Part shown: positions 19,931 to 31,440 of the stretch, piece by piece
Layout: each line of letters opens with the position of its first letter
Position numbering within the stretch: the first letter of the stretch is position 1
NCBI RefSeq assembly: GCF_001457615.1
Contig: NZ_LN831024.1
Span: forward strand, 5,250,001-5,282,000
Reading direction: 5' to 3'
From: Pseudomonas aeruginosa
GTDB taxonomy: Bacteria; Pseudomonadota; Gammaproteobacteria; Pseudomonadales; Pseudomonadaceae
DNA: 32,000 nt
Notes under the pieces: generated by a model
Told to the model about the DNA's origin: nothing
The model's database searches: none
Seen by the model: only the letters and a program-made list of their open reading frames with translations
Made by a program: the position numbers and the translations under genes

Positions 19931-20748
19931 TGTCCGAGAGTGATCCGCTCGTTGCCGCCGAGGTCGCGCAACGTATGTACCCCGGCGAAGCCGCGGGCGC
20001 CGAGCAGTTCGCGCACAGCCGCCCCTTGATCATAGCCGTGCTCGAGCAGCAACCAGCCTTCGTCCAGCAAATGCTGCGGCGCCTGGGCGACGATCTGGCG
20101 GATATCGTCGAGGCCATCGCTACCCGCGACCAGCGCGCTCTTCGGCTCGAAGCGCACGTCGCCCTCGCTCAGGTGCGGATCGCTGGCAGGGATATACGGC
20201 GGATTGCCGACGATCATCCGGAAGCGTCGGCCATCGAGAGCGGAGAACCAGTGGCTGCGGCGCACCTCGACGTTCTCCAGGAGCAGCCGCTGGCGATTGC
20301 GCTCGGCCAGCGCCACGGCCTCTTCCACGCGGTCCACCGCAGTCACCGTCCACAGCGGCCGTTCGCTGGCCAGGGCCAGGGCGATGGCGCCGGTGCCGGT
20401 GCCCAGGTCGAGCACGGTAGCGGTGTCCGCCGCGAGGGTCGCCAGCGCGGTTTCCACCAGCAGTTCGGTGTCCGGGCGCGGGATCAGGGTGTGTGGCGCG
20501 ACCTCCAGGTCCAGGCTCCAGAAGCCCTGGTGGCCAAGTATGTAGGCCACCGGCTCGCCGTTGCGCCGACGGGCGATCCAGTCGTCGAACCGCTCGTTGG
20601 CCTCGCGCGGCACGATGCGCTCCGGCCAGGTACGCAGGAAGCTGCGCGGCTTGCCCATCGCCGCCGCCAGCAGCAACTCGGTGTCGAGCCGGGCGCTGGG
20701 CGAATCGGGCAGTTGGGAATCCTTGAGAAGGGTACAGATAGTGGTCAT
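19918..20748 (-). CDS. prmC: Peptide chain release factor N5-glutamine methyltransferase
   Basis: 276 aa; VLDLGTGTGAIALALA, NPPY motif (IVGNPPYIPASDPHL). Confidence 0.96.
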   Translation of the reverse strand: MTTICTLLKDSQLPDSPSARLDTELLLAAAMGKPRSFLRTWPERIVPREANERFDDWIARRRNGEPVAYILGHQGFWSLDLEVAPHTLIPRPDTELLVETALATLAADTATVLDLGTGTGAIALALASERPLWTVTAVDRVEEAVALAERNRQRLLLENVEVRRSHWFSALDGRRFRMIVGNPPYIPASDPHLSEGDVRFEPKSALVAGSDGLDDIRQIVAQAPQHLLDEGWLLLEHGYDQGAAVRELLGARGFAGVHTLRDLGGNERITLGQWVC

Positions 20749-20749
20749 G

Positions 20750-21832
<1,083 letters not shown>

Positions 21833-21849
21833 GCAGGCATAGGTACCGG

Positions 21850-23118
21850 TCAGTGGCGCGGCGCGCCCTCGTCGAGGGCGAACAGCTCCTGGGCCAGGGC
21901 CAGCGCGTCGATGCGGCCCTCGGCGGACATTTTCTTCATCTGCACGCTGGGCGCGTGCAGCAGTTTGTTGGTCAGGCCGCGGGCCAGCTGGGCCATCACC
22001 TCGGCGGGGTCGGCACCGTTGGCCAGTTGCCGCTGGGCCTTGCCCAGCTCCTCATCGCGCAGGCGCTCGGCCTGCTGCCGATAGGCGCGCAGCACGTCCA
22101 CCGCGGCCAGTTCGCGCAGGCGCTGCATGAACTCGGCGACGCCGCTGCCGACCAGTTCCTCGGCGGCCTGGGCAGCGCCCTGGCGGCTCTTGAGATTCTC
22201 CGCCACTACTTCGTGGAGGTCGTCGACGCTATAGAGGTAGACGTCGTCCAGTTCGCCGACTTCCGGCTCGATGTCGCGCGGCACGGCGATGTCGACCATG
22301 AACATCGGCTTGTGCTTGCGCTGCTTCAGCGCGCGCTCCACGGCGCCCTTGCCGAGGATCGGCAACTGGCTGGCAGTGGAGCTGATGACGATATCGCTGT
22401 TGGCCAACTCCTCGGGTATCTCCGAAAGCAGCACCGCATGGGCGCCGAACTGCTCGGCGAGCAGGCTGGCGCGCTCCAGGGTGCGGTTGGCCACCACGAT
22501 GCGCTTCACGCCTTGCTCGAACAGGTGGCGCGCGACCAGGGTGATGGTCTCGCCGGCGCCGATCAGCAGCGCCTGGCTGCGGTGCAGGTCGCTGAAGATC
22601 TGCTTGGCCAGGCTCACCGCGGCGAACGCCACGGACACCGGGTTCTCGCCGATGGCGGTATCGGTGCGGACGGTCTTCGCCGTACTGAAGGTGGCCTGGA
22701 ACAGGCGGCCGAGCAGCGGACCGACGGTGCCGGCCTCGCGCGCGACGGCGTAGGCCGACTTCATCTGGCCGAGGATCTGCGGCTCGCCGAGGACCATCGA
22801 GTCGAGGCCGGAGGCCACGCGCATCATGTGGCGCACCGCGTCTTCGTCCTGGTGCACATAGGCACAGGCGCGCAACTCGTCGAGAGTCAGGCGATGGTAG
22901 TCCGCCAGCCAGGCGAGCACGTCGTCCGCGGTCGGATGGTCGATCTCCAGGTAGAGTTCGCTCCGGTTGCAGGTCGACAGGATGGCCGCCTCGCGGCTGG
23001 TGGTCAGGCGGCAGAGCTGCTGCAGCGCCTCGACCATCTGTTCCGGAGTGAAAGCCACGCGCTCGCGGACAGCCACCGAGGCGGTCTTGTGATTGATGCC
23101 GAGGGCAATGAAGGCCAT
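21850..23118 (-). CDS. hemA: Glutamyl-tRNA reductase
   Basis: 422 aa [28 protein letters not shown]; [11 protein letters not shown]; [15 protein letters not shown]. Confidence 0.97.
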
Positions 23119-23306
23119 GCAGGATCGCTGAGCTAATCGGGGAAACGCGCAATTCTCCTACTTCGCCAAGGGCAGGACAACCATTGCCGATGTATTGACC
23201 CCATAGACAGCTTCGTCGACGCCCGTCCCGGCCCCCTTGGGCTTGCCGGACGGCTTATGTCATGATGGCGCCACCCTCGCAGGTTCAAGGCCGGCTTTCT
23301 TCCTCT

Positions 23307-25034
23307 ATGAACAAATCCCTTGCGCTGCTGACCGTCACGCTGCTGCTCGGCGGCTGCCAGTCACTTATCCACAAGACTCCCGATGGCACCCCGCCGGTGG
23401 AAGACACCGCGGTCGAGACCAAGGCCAAGCCGGAAAAGTACGGCTCCTTCAGCGAGGACAGCCTGTATTCGCTGCTGGTGGCCGAACTGGCCGGGCAGCG
23501 CAACCGCTTCGACATCGCCCTGAGCAACTATGTGGTGCAGGCGCAGAAAACCCGCGACCCCGGGGTTTCCGAGCGCGCCTTCCGCATCGCCGAATACCTC
23601 GGCGCCGACCAGGAAGCCCTCGACACCTCCCTGCTCTGGGCGCGCAGCGCGCCGGACAACCTCGATGCCCAACGCGCCGCCGCGATCCAGTTGGCCCGCG
23701 CCGGGCGCTACGAGGAGTCCATGGTGTACATGGAGAAGGTCCTCAACGGCCAGGGCGACACGCACTTCGACTTCCTCGCCCTGTCTGCCGCGGAGACCGA
23801 CCCGGATACCCGCGCCGGCCTGCTGCAGAGCTTCGACCACCTGTTGAAGAAATACCCGAACAACGGCCAGTTGCTGTTCGGCAAGGCCCTGCTGCTGCAA
23901 CAGGACGGCCGCCCGGATGAAGCCCTGACCCTGCTCGAGGACAACTCCGCAAGCCGCCACGAAGTCGCCCCGCTGCTGCTCCGCTCGCGCCTGTTGCAGA
24001 GCATGAAGCGCAGCGACGAGGCCCTGCCGCTGCTCAAGGCCGGGATCAAGGAACACCCGGACGACAAACGCGTGCGCCTCGCCTACGCGCGCCTGCTGGT
24101 GGAGCAGAATCGCCTGGACGACGCCAAGGCCGAGTTCGCCGGACTGGTCCAGCAATTCCCCGACGACGACGACCTGCGTTTCTCCCTGGCGCTGGTCTGC
24201 CTGGAAGCCCAGGCCTGGGACGAAGCCAGGATCTACCTGGAAGAACTGGTCGAGCGCGACAGCCACGTCGACGCCGCCCACTTCAACCTCGGACGCCTCG
24301 CCGAGGAACAGAAGGACACCGCGCGTGCCCTCGACGAGTACGCCCAGGTTGGTCCGGGCAATGACTTCCTCCCGGCGCAACTGCGCCAGACCGACGTCCT
24401 GCTCAAGGCCGGTCGCGTCGACGAAGCCGCCCAGCGCCTGGACAAGGCGCGCAGCGAGCAACCCGACTACGCCATCCAGCTGTACCTGATCGAAGCCGAG
24501 GCGCTGTCCAACAACGACCAGCAGGAAAAGGCCTGGCAGGCCATCCAGGAGGGTCTGAAGCAGTACCCGGAGGACCTCAACCTGCTCTACACCCGCTCGA
24601 TGCTGGCGGAGAAGCGCAACGACCTGGCGCAGATGGAAAAGGACCTGCGCTTCGTCATCGCCCGCGAGCCGGACAACGCCATGGCCCTCAACGCCCTCGG
24701 CTACACCCTGGCCGACCGCACTACCCGCTACACCGAGGCGCGCGAGCTGATCCTCAAGGCGCACAAGCTGAACCCGGACGACCCGGCGATCCTCGACAGC
24801 ATGGGCTGGATCAACTATCGCCAGGGCAAGCTGGCGGACGCCGAGCGCTACCTGCGCCAGGCGCTGCAGCGCTACCCCGACCACGAGGTCGCCGCGCACC
24901 TGGGCGAAGTCCTCTGGGCCCAGGGGCGCCAAGACGACGCCCGAGCCATCTGGCGCGAATACCTCGACAAGCAGCCCGACAGCGACGTGCTGCGCCGCAC
25001 CATCAAGCGCCTGACCGGCGCCGAGACTCCTTGA
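23307..25034 (+). CDS. lbcA: Outer-membrane TPR lipoprotein, LbcA-like (CtpA protease partner)
   Basis: 575 aa from [19 protein letters not shown] with lipobox LGGC; many TPR-like repeats (e.g. [59 protein letters not shown]). Track start 23262 gives 590 aa. Gene name from locus context and recall. Confidence 0.85.
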   Translation: MNKSLALLTVTLLLGGCQSLIHKTPDGTPPVEDTAVETKAKPEKYGSFSEDSLYSLLVAELAGQRNRFDIALSNYVVQAQKTRDPGVSERAFRIAEYLGADQEALDTSLLWARSAPDNLDAQRAAAIQLARAGRYEESMVYMEKVLNGQGDTHFDFLALSAAETDPDTRAGLLQSFDHLLKKYPNNGQLLFGKALLLQQDGRPDEALTLLEDNSASRHEVAPLLLRSRLLQSMKRSDEALPLLKAGIKEHPDDKRVRLAYARLLVEQNRLDDAKAEFAGLVQQFPDDDDLRFSLALVCLEAQAWDEARIYLEELVERDSHVDAAHFNLGRLAEEQKDTARALDEYAQVGPGNDFLPAQLRQTDVLLKAGRVDEAAQRLDKARSEQPDYAIQLYLIEAEALSNNDQQEKAWQAIQEGLKQYPEDLNLLYTRSMLAEKRNDLAQMEKDLRFVIAREPDNAMALNALGYTLADRTTRYTEARELILKAHKLNPDDPAILDSMGWINYRQGKLADAERYLRQALQRYPDHEVAAHLGEVLWAQGRQDDARAIWREYLDKQPDSDVLRRTIKRLTGAETP

Positions 25035-25038
25035 AACC

Positions 25039-25656
25039 ATGCGTCTACGTCTTTTCCTCGCCGCCTCCGCGCTGGCCCTGCTCAGCGGCTGCGCCGGCCT
25101 GACCTCCCACGAAGCCCTGGAAGGCCAGGGCGATGCGCAGACCTGGAAAACCCACAAGCAGCAACTCAGCGAGCTGGATGCCTGGCAGATCGACGGCAAG
25201 GTCGGCATCCGCGCCCCGCGCGACTCCGGCAGCGGCACCCTGTTCTGGCTGCAGCGCCAGGGCTACTACGACATCCGCCTGTCCGGCCCGCTCGGCCGCG
25301 GCGCAGCACGCCTGACCGGGCGTGAAGGCGCGGTGAGCCTGGAAGTCGCCGGTCAGGGCCGCTACCAGGCGGAGTCCCCGGAAGCACTGCTGGAAGAACA
25401 ACTAGGCTGGCGCCTGCCGGTCTCGCACCTGCTCTGGTGGGTACGCGGCCTCCCGGCGCCGGACAGCAAGAGCCGCCTGACCCTCGACGCCGACAGTCGC
25501 CTGGCGCGCCTGGAACAGGACGGCTGGCAGATCGAATACACCCGCTACGCCGAACAGAACGGCTACTGGCTACCCGAGCGCCTGAAGCTGCACGGCCAGG
25601 ACCTCGACGTCACCCTGGTGATCAAGGACTGGCAGCCGCGCCAGCTCGGCCGCTGA
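25039..25656 (+). CDS. lolB: Outer-membrane lipoprotein insertion protein LolB
   Basis: 205 aa [21 protein letters not shown]; [44 protein letters not shown]. Confidence 0.95.
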   Translation: MRLRLFLAASALALLSGCAGLTSHEALEGQGDAQTWKTHKQQLSELDAWQIDGKVGIRAPRDSGSGTLFWLQRQGYYDIRLSGPLGRGAARLTGREGAVSLEVAGQGRYQAESPEALLEEQLGWRLPVSHLLWWVRGLPAPDSKSRLTLDADSRLARLEQDGWQIEYTRYAEQNGYWLPERLKLHGQDLDVTLVIKDWQPRQLGR

Positions 25657-25657
25657 C

Positions 25658-26506
25658 ATGAGCGTGCGCCTCAGCCTGCCAGCCCCGGCCAAGCTCAATC
25701 TGTTCCTGCATATCCTCGGCCGCCGCGACGATGGCTATCACGAGTTGCAGACCCTGTTCCAATTCCTCGACCACGGCGACGAGCTGCATTTCGAAGCCCG
25801 CCAGGACGGCCAGGTACGCCTGCACACGGAAATCGCCGGGGTGCCGCACGACAGCAACCTGATCGTGCGCGCCGCGCGCGGGCTGCAGGAAGCCTCCGGC
25901 AGCCCGCAAGGCGTCGACATCTGGCTGGACAAGCGCTTGCCCATGGGGGGCGGCATCGGCGGCGGCAGCTCCGACGCCGCCACGACGCTCCTGGCCTTGA
26001 ACCATCTCTGGCAACTCGGCTGGGACGAGGACCGCATCGCCGCCCTGGGCCTGCGCCTGGGCGCCGACGTGCCGGTCTTCACCCGCGGACGCGCGGCTTT
26101 CGCCGAGGGCGTGGGCGAAAAGCTTACCCCGGTGGACATCCCGGAGCCCTGGTATCTCGTCGTGGTTCCGCAAGTACTTGTCAGCACAGCAGAAATTTTT
26201 TCAGATCCACTGTTGACACGCGATTCTCCCGCCATTAAAGTGCGCACCGTTCTCGAGGGGGACAGCCGAAACGACTGTCAGCCGGTAGTCGAGAGGCGTT
26301 ACCCAGAAGTTCGTAACGCTTTGATCTTGCTAAACAAATTTGTTTCAGCTAGATTAACCGGCACTGGAGGTTGTGTGTTTGGGAGCTTCCCAAACAAAGC
26401 TGAAGCTGATAAAGTCTCGGCCCTTCTTCCAGGCCACCTTCAGAGGTTCGTCGCCAAAGGAAGCAACATCTCGATGTTGCACCGGAAGCTGGAAACTCTG
26501 GTCTGA
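25658..26506 (+). CDS. ispE: 4-diphosphocytidyl-2-C-methyl-D-erythritol kinase
   Basis: 282 aa; [34 protein letters not shown] and GHMP kinase motif [22 protein letters not shown]. Confidence 0.96.
   Translation: MSVRLSLPAPAKLNLFLHILGRRDDGYHELQTLFQFLDHGDELHFEARQDGQVRLHTEIAGVPHDSNLIVRAARGLQEASGSPQGVDIWLDKRLPMGGGIGGGSSDAATTLLALNHLWQLGWDEDRIAALGLRLGADVPVFTRGRAAFAEGVGEKLTPVDIPEPWYLVVVPQVLVSTAEIFSDPLLTRDSPAIKVRTVLEGDSRNDCQPVVERRYPEVRNALILLNKFVSARLTGTGGCVFGSFPNKAEADKVSALLPGHLQRFVAKGSNISMLHRKLETLV
26213..26241 (+). promoter_or_regulatory. Candidate sigma70 promoter inside ispE, upstream of tRNA-Gln/prs
   Basis: TTGACA (26213-26218) - 17 nt - TAAAGT (26236-26241) in unusually AT-rich coding sequence. 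Confidence 0.5.
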
Positions 26507-26542
26507 GAAAGGAATGCCGAAACGGCATTCGAGCAATACCAC

Positions 26543-26617
26543 AGGGGCGTCGCCAAGCGGTAAGGCAGCAGGTTTTGATCCTGCCATGCGTTGGTTCGAA
26601 TCCAGCCGCCCCTGCCA
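26543..26617 (+). tRNA. tRNA-Gln (anticodon TTG)
   Basis: 75 nt: AGGGGCG...CGCCCCT acceptor pairing, anticodon stem GCAGG/CCTGC with loop TTTTGAT, GGTTCGAATCC T-arm, encoded CCA. Confidence 0.96.
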
Positions 26618-26672
26618 TTTTCCTCTTCTGTATTTCATCCGGATCCCTTCGGTCGACACAGGTACCTGTAGC

Positions 26673-27614
26673 GTGTCCAAGATGATGGTCTTCACGGGGA
26701 ACGCTAACCCCGATCTTGCACGACGCGTCGTGCGTCAGCTGCACATTCCTCTTGGCGATGTTTCAGTTGGCAAATTCTCCGATGGCGAAATCAGCGTCGA
26801 AATCAACGAAAACGTCCGCGGCAAGGACGTATTCCTGATTCAGCCGACCTGCGCGCCGACCAACGACAACCTGATGGAACTGGTGGTGATGGCCGATGCC
26901 TTCCGCCGCTCCTCGGCCACTCGTATCACCGCTGTCATCCCCTACTTCGGCTATGCTCGCCAGGATCGCCGTCCGCGTTCCGCCCGCGTGGCCATCAGCG
27001 CCAAGGTAGTGGCCGACATGCTGACCGTCGTCGGGGTCAACCGTGTCCTCACGGTCGACCTGCACGCGGATCAGATCCAGGGCTTCTTCGATATCCCGGT
27101 AGACAACATCTACGGTTCCCCCGTGCTGGTGGACGATATCGAAGACCAGCGCTTCGAGAACCTGATGATCGTCTCCCCGGACATCGGCGGCGTGGTGCGC
27201 GCGCGCGCCGTGGCCAAGTCCCTGGGCGTTGACCTTGCGATCATCGACAAGCGTCGTCCCAAGGCCAACCAGTCCGAAGTGATGCACATCATCGGTGACG
27301 TCGAAGGCCGTACCTGCGTACTGGTAGACGACATGGTCGATACCGCCGGCACCCTCGGTCACGCCGCCAAGGCCCTGAAAGAGCACGGCGCCGCCAAGGT
27401 CATCGCCTACTGCACCCACCCGGTGCTGTCCGGCCGTGCCATCGAGAACATCGAGAAATCCGTACTGGACGAGCTGGTGGTGACCAACACCATCCCGCTG
27501 TCCGCCGCTGCCCAGGCCTGTGGCCGCATCCGCCAGCTGGACATCGCTCCGGTCGTTGCGGAAGCCATGCGCCGGATCAGCAACGAAGAATCGATCAGCG
27601 CGATGTTCCGCTGA
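26673..27614 (+). CDS. prs: Ribose-phosphate pyrophosphokinase
   Basis: 313 aa from GTG: (M)[69 protein letters not shown]; [15 protein letters not shown]; [13 protein letters not shown]. Confidence 0.96.
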   Translation: MSKMMVFTGNANPDLARRVVRQLHIPLGDVSVGKFSDGEISVEINENVRGKDVFLIQPTCAPTNDNLMELVVMADAFRRSSATRITAVIPYFGYARQDRRPRSARVAISAKVVADMLTVVGVNRVLTVDLHADQIQGFFDIPVDNIYGSPVLVDDIEDQRFENLMIVSPDIGGVVRARAVAKSLGVDLAIIDKRRPKANQSEVMHIIGDVEGRTCVLVDDMVDTAGTLGHAAKALKEHGAAKVIAYCTHPVLSGRAIENIEKSVLDELVVTNTIPLSAAAQACGRIRQLDIAPVVAEAMRRISNEESISAMFR

Positions 27615-27648
27615 GGCCCAGCCTCGGCGAACGCGCCTGAACGAAAAC

Positions 27649-27670
27649 GCCCCGCTCCGGCGGGGCCTTT
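27649..27670 (+). terminator. Probable Rho-independent terminator after prs
   Basis: GCCCCGC-tccg-GCGGGGC followed by CTTT, preceded by an A-run. Confidence 0.65.
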
Positions 27671-27730
27671 GAAATCGCCCGAACGCTGGTCGCAAGCGTT
27701 CGGGCGCATTGTTATTTTTGGAGATACACA

Positions 27731-28345
27731 ATGGTCGACTTTATTCTGAATGCCCAAGTGCGTTCCGATCTGGGGAAAGGTGCGAGCCGCCGCCTGCGTC
27801 GTAACGCCGGTCTGGTTCCTGCTGTCGTTTACGGCGGCGACAAAGAGCCCCAGTCCGTAACCCTGGAACTGCGCGAAATCGCCAAGCTCCTGGAAAACGA
27901 GGCTGCCTTCAGCCACGTGATCGCCCTGAACGTTGGCGGCGCCAAGGAAACCGTACTGATCAAGGCCCTGCAGCGCCATCCGGCGAAAGGCTTCGTGATG
28001 CACGCCGACTTCCTGCGCGTGGTCGCCGACCACAAGCTGACCGCCCACGTACCGCTGCACTTCATCAACGAAGAAGTAGCCGTTGGCGTCAAGCAATCCG
28101 GTGGCGAGATCTCCCACACCATCTCCGAAGTCGAAGTTTCCTGCCTGCCGAAAGACCTGCCGGAATTCATCGAAGTCGACATGGCCAAGGTCGAGCTGGG
28201 CCAGATCGTTCACCTGTCGGACCTCAAGGCTCCGAAAGGCGTCGAGCTGGTACAACTGGCCCACGGCAACGATCTGGCCGTTGCCAACATCCACGCTTCC
28301 CGCGTGGTGAAGGAAGAAGGTAGCGAAGAAGGCGCCGCCGAGTAA
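27731..28345 (+). CDS. rplY: 50S ribosomal protein L25/general stress protein Ctc
   Basis: 204 aa [64 protein letters not shown]. Confidence 0.96.
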   Translation: MVDFILNAQVRSDLGKGASRRLRRNAGLVPAVVYGGDKEPQSVTLELREIAKLLENEAAFSHVIALNVGGAKETVLIKALQRHPAKGFVMHADFLRVVADHKLTAHVPLHFINEEVAVGVKQSGGEISHTISEVEVSCLPKDLPEFIEVDMAKVELGQIVHLSDLKAPKGVELVQLAHGNDLAVANIHASRVVKEEGSEEGAAE

Positions 28346-28386
28346 TTCATTACTCGATCGCCTTTTTATAGAGAGGGGCTCCCGTC

Positions 28387-28971
28387 GTGACTGCCGTACA
28401 ACTGATCGTTGGCCTGGGAAACCCGGGTCCTGAATACGACCAGACCCGGCATAACGCGGGGGCCCTTTTCGTTGAGCGCCTGGCGCATGCCCAGGGCGTC
28501 AGCCTCGTGGCTGACCGCAAGTATTTCGGCCTGGTCGGCAAGTTCAGCCACCAGGGCAAGGACGTTCGTCTGTTGATCCCGACTACCTACATGAACCGCA
28601 GCGGCCAGTCCGTGGCGGCGCTGGCGGGATTCTTCCGGATCGCCCCGGACGCCATCCTGGTCGCCCACGACGAACTCGACATGCCCCCTGGCGTCGCCAA
28701 GCTCAAGACCGGCGGCGGACACGGCGGGCACAACGGGTTGCGCGATATCATCGCCCAGCTCGGCAATCAGAATTCTTTCCATCGCCTGCGGCTTGGCATC
28801 GGCCATCCGGGGCACAGCAGCCTGGTTTCCGGTTACGTGCTCGGCCGCGCCCCGCGCAGCGAGCAGGAACTGCTCGACACCAGCATCGACTTCGCCCTCG
28901 GCGTGCTGCCGGAAATGCTCGCCGGGGACTGGACCCGGGCGATGCAGAAGCTGCACAGCCAGAAGGCCTGA
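28387..28971 (+). CDS. pth: Peptidyl-tRNA hydrolase
   Basis: 194 aa, GTG start; [28 protein letters not shown]; [11 protein letters not shown]; [12 protein letters not shown]. Confidence 0.96.
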   Translation: MTAVQLIVGLGNPGPEYDQTRHNAGALFVERLAHAQGVSLVADRKYFGLVGKFSHQGKDVRLLIPTTYMNRSGQSVAALAGFFRIAPDAILVAHDELDMPPGVAKLKTGGGHGGHNGLRDIIAQLGNQNSFHRLRLGIGHPGHSSLVSGYVLGRAPRSEQELLDTSIDFALGVLPEMLAGDWTRAMQKLHSQKA

Positions 28972-29011
28972 ACCACTTTTCTAGCGCCTGTCTGAGCGCG
29001 AGGGACATAGC

Positions 29012-30112
<1,101 letters not shown>

Positions 30113-30130
30113 TCCCCTTCCCGTCCCAGG

Positions 30131-30159
30131 AAAGCCCCGGCCAAGTGCCGGGGCTTTTT
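30131..30159 (+). terminator. Rho-independent terminator after ychF
   Basis: AAAGCCCCGGC-caagt-GCCGGGGCTTTTT. Confidence 0.9.
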
Positions 30160-30251
30160 CGTTCCCGTCCCTCCCCACCGCCCGCTCTCCGGCGATCCGA
30201 CCCCTTCCGTCTAAACGATTGAAAGATCAGAAAATTATCTAGCCCCAGGGG

Positions 30252-30280
30252 TTGACAGCCCCGCCCGAGATACGGAAAAT
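30252..30280 (+). promoter_or_regulatory. Promoter of tRNA-Met
   Basis: TTGACA - 17 nt - GAAAAT, about 12 nt upstream of the tRNA 5' end. Confidence 0.65.
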
Positions 30281-30291
30281 GCGCGCCACTC

Positions 30292-30368
30292 GGCTACATA
30301 GCTCAGTCGGTTAGAGCGCAGCATTCATAATGCTGATGTCCCAGGTTCAAGTCCCGGTGTAGCCACCA
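30292..30368 (+). tRNA. tRNA-Met (anticodon CAT, elongator type)
   Basis: 77 nt: GGCTACA...TGTAGCC acceptor pairing, CAGCA/TGCTG anticodon stem with loop TTCATAA, encoded CCA; lacks the CGCGGGG initiator signature. Confidence 0.95.
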
Positions 30369-30376
30369 TATTTTTC

Positions 30377-30405
30377 AAGGGGTTAGCGCAAGCTAACCCC
30401 TTTTT
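30377..30405 (+). terminator. Rho-independent terminator after tRNA-Met
   Basis: GGGGTTAGC-gcaa-GCTAACCCC-TTTTT, perfect 9-bp stem. Confidence 0.92.
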
Positions 30406-30473
30406 GTTTTGGTCGGCAGACTACAAACCGACTACAAACCGTCTACGCCCCCTTTACCGATTTACGGTTCGCA

Positions 30474-30499
30474 TAAAAAGCCCCGCATCTGCGGGGCTC
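30474..30499 (-). terminator. Rho-independent terminator for higBA
   Basis: On the minus strand GCCCCGCA-ga-TGCGGGGC followed by TTTTT. Confidence 0.85.
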
Positions 30500-30516
30500 T
30501 ACGATCAACGTCACTG

Positions 30517-30822
30517 CTATCCGTGAGCAAGCAGCGGCTCAATCTCATGTTCGATCTGCTTGCCATTCGCCGCATAAGCAGTTGCTAACGAATACTCACT
30601 CTGGAGATTCATCCAGAACTGAGCGGACGTATCAAAGTAACGCCCCAGACGAATCGCCATATCTGCGGAGATACCACGCTGCTCACGAACGATATCGTTC
30701 ACTGTCGGAGCGGAGACTTTCAAAGCGCGTGCTAGAGCAGCTGGAGAGATATCCAACTCCATCAGAAACTCATCGCGCAATATTTCCCCAGGATGGATGG
30801 GGCGCATACCATTGGTAGCCAT
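30517..30822 (-). CDS. higA: HigA antitoxin, XRE-type HTH
   Basis: 101 aa MATNGMRPIHPGEILRDEFLMELDISPAALARALKVSAPTVNDIVREQRGISADMAIRLGRYFDTSAQFWMNLQSEYSL. Confidence 0.96.
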   Translation of the reverse strand: MATNGMRPIHPGEILRDEFLMELDISPAALARALKVSAPTVNDIVREQRGISADMAIRLGRYFDTSAQFWMNLQSEYSLATAYAANGKQIEHEIEPLLAHG

Positions 30823-30833
30823 GGTCCACCTCC

Positions 30834-31112
30834 TCAGTGGTAATCAACTATTTCGACTTCTTCGGGACCCGCATCCGTCCAGACGAAACAGACACGCCAT
30901 TGGTCATTGATCCTGATGCTATGTTGGCCCGCCCGCTTTCCCTGCAACGGCTCCAACCGGTTTCCAGGTGGAGAGCGCAGGTCTCGAAGCTCCGTAGCCG
31001 CATGAAGCATTGCGAGCTTACGCGTAGCGACTGTGAGGATCGCTCCCCACCGCCTCGAAAGACCCGTCTCAAAAAGCTGACGAGTCTCGTCGCAGCGAAA
31101 GGTCAGAATCAT
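30834..31112 (-). CDS. higB: HigB toxin, RelE-superfamily mRNA interferase
   Basis: 92 aa MILTFRCDETRQLFETGLSRRWGAI...; LEPLQGKRAGQHSIRINDQWRVCFVWTDAGPEEVEIVDYH. Confidence 0.95.
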   Translation of the reverse strand: MILTFRCDETRQLFETGLSRRWGAILTVATRKLAMLHAATELRDLRSPPGNRLEPLQGKRAGQHSIRINDQWRVCFVWTDAGPEEVEIVDYH

Positions 31113-31116
31113 TCAT

Positions 31117-31140
31117 TAACCCTTAACGTTAAGCGTTAAC
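31117..31140. promoter_or_regulatory. Probable HigA operator
   Basis: Palindrome TTAACGTTAA at 31123-31132 flanked by TTAAC (31117) and GTTAAC (31135), just upstream of higB. Confidence 0.6.
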
Positions 31141-31164
31141 TTCACTACAGATTACCACAGATCC

Positions 31165-31347
31165 TCATGTGGTCAATTTGTAGCCAGACTGAGTAATCGG
31201 AGAAAAGCGCATCGCCGATTCCAAGTGCTCCGGCGACAGATGTGCATACCGCATCATCATCGAGGAATGCCCGAGGATCCGCTGTAGGGCCACGCCATGC
31301 GCAGCGCCCCGTGTCAGGCATTTCATCTTGCTTTGGATGCCAGGCAT
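31165..31347 (-). pseudogene. Tyrosine recombinase (phage-type integrase) C-terminal remnant
   Basis: 60-aa ORF containing LTRGAAHGVALQRILGHSSMMMRYAHLSPEHLESAMRFSP, matching the terminal catalytic LGHSS...RYAHLSPEHL motif; no upstream catalytic domain seen in the window. Confidence 0.75.
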
Positions 31348-31374
31348 GCCTCATTGAAACAGTTCGAATCATTT

Positions 31375-31387
31375 GATAATCATTATC
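31375..31387 (+). promoter_or_regulatory. Fur box upstream of the TonB-dependent receptor
   Basis: GATAATCATTATC (GATAAT-C-ATTATC perfect 6-1-6 palindrome). Confidence 0.75.
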
Positions 31388-31440
31388 GATTTGTTTAGCT
31401 TTGCCGCCCATCAAAACAACAGCAACTCGGAAATCTCCTC

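Noticed and set aside
21853-23136. 427-aa plus-strand ORF
   Set aside because: Exact antisense of hemA. The sense strand has clear glutamyl-tRNA reductase motifs.
23119-23306. Possible Anr/FNR box between hemA and lbcA
   Set aside because: Only TTG-rich fragments (ATTGCC, ATTGACC) are present. No acceptable TTGAT-N4-ATCAA dyad was found.
23361-25238. 625-aa minus-strand ORF
   Set aside because: Shadow ORF opposite lbcA/lolB, with no recognisable fold and no independent promoter evidence.
31145-31414. 89-aa minus-strand ORF overlapping the integrase remnant
   Set aside because: The recognisable recombinase motif is in the other frame (31165-31347). This frame has no recognisable content.
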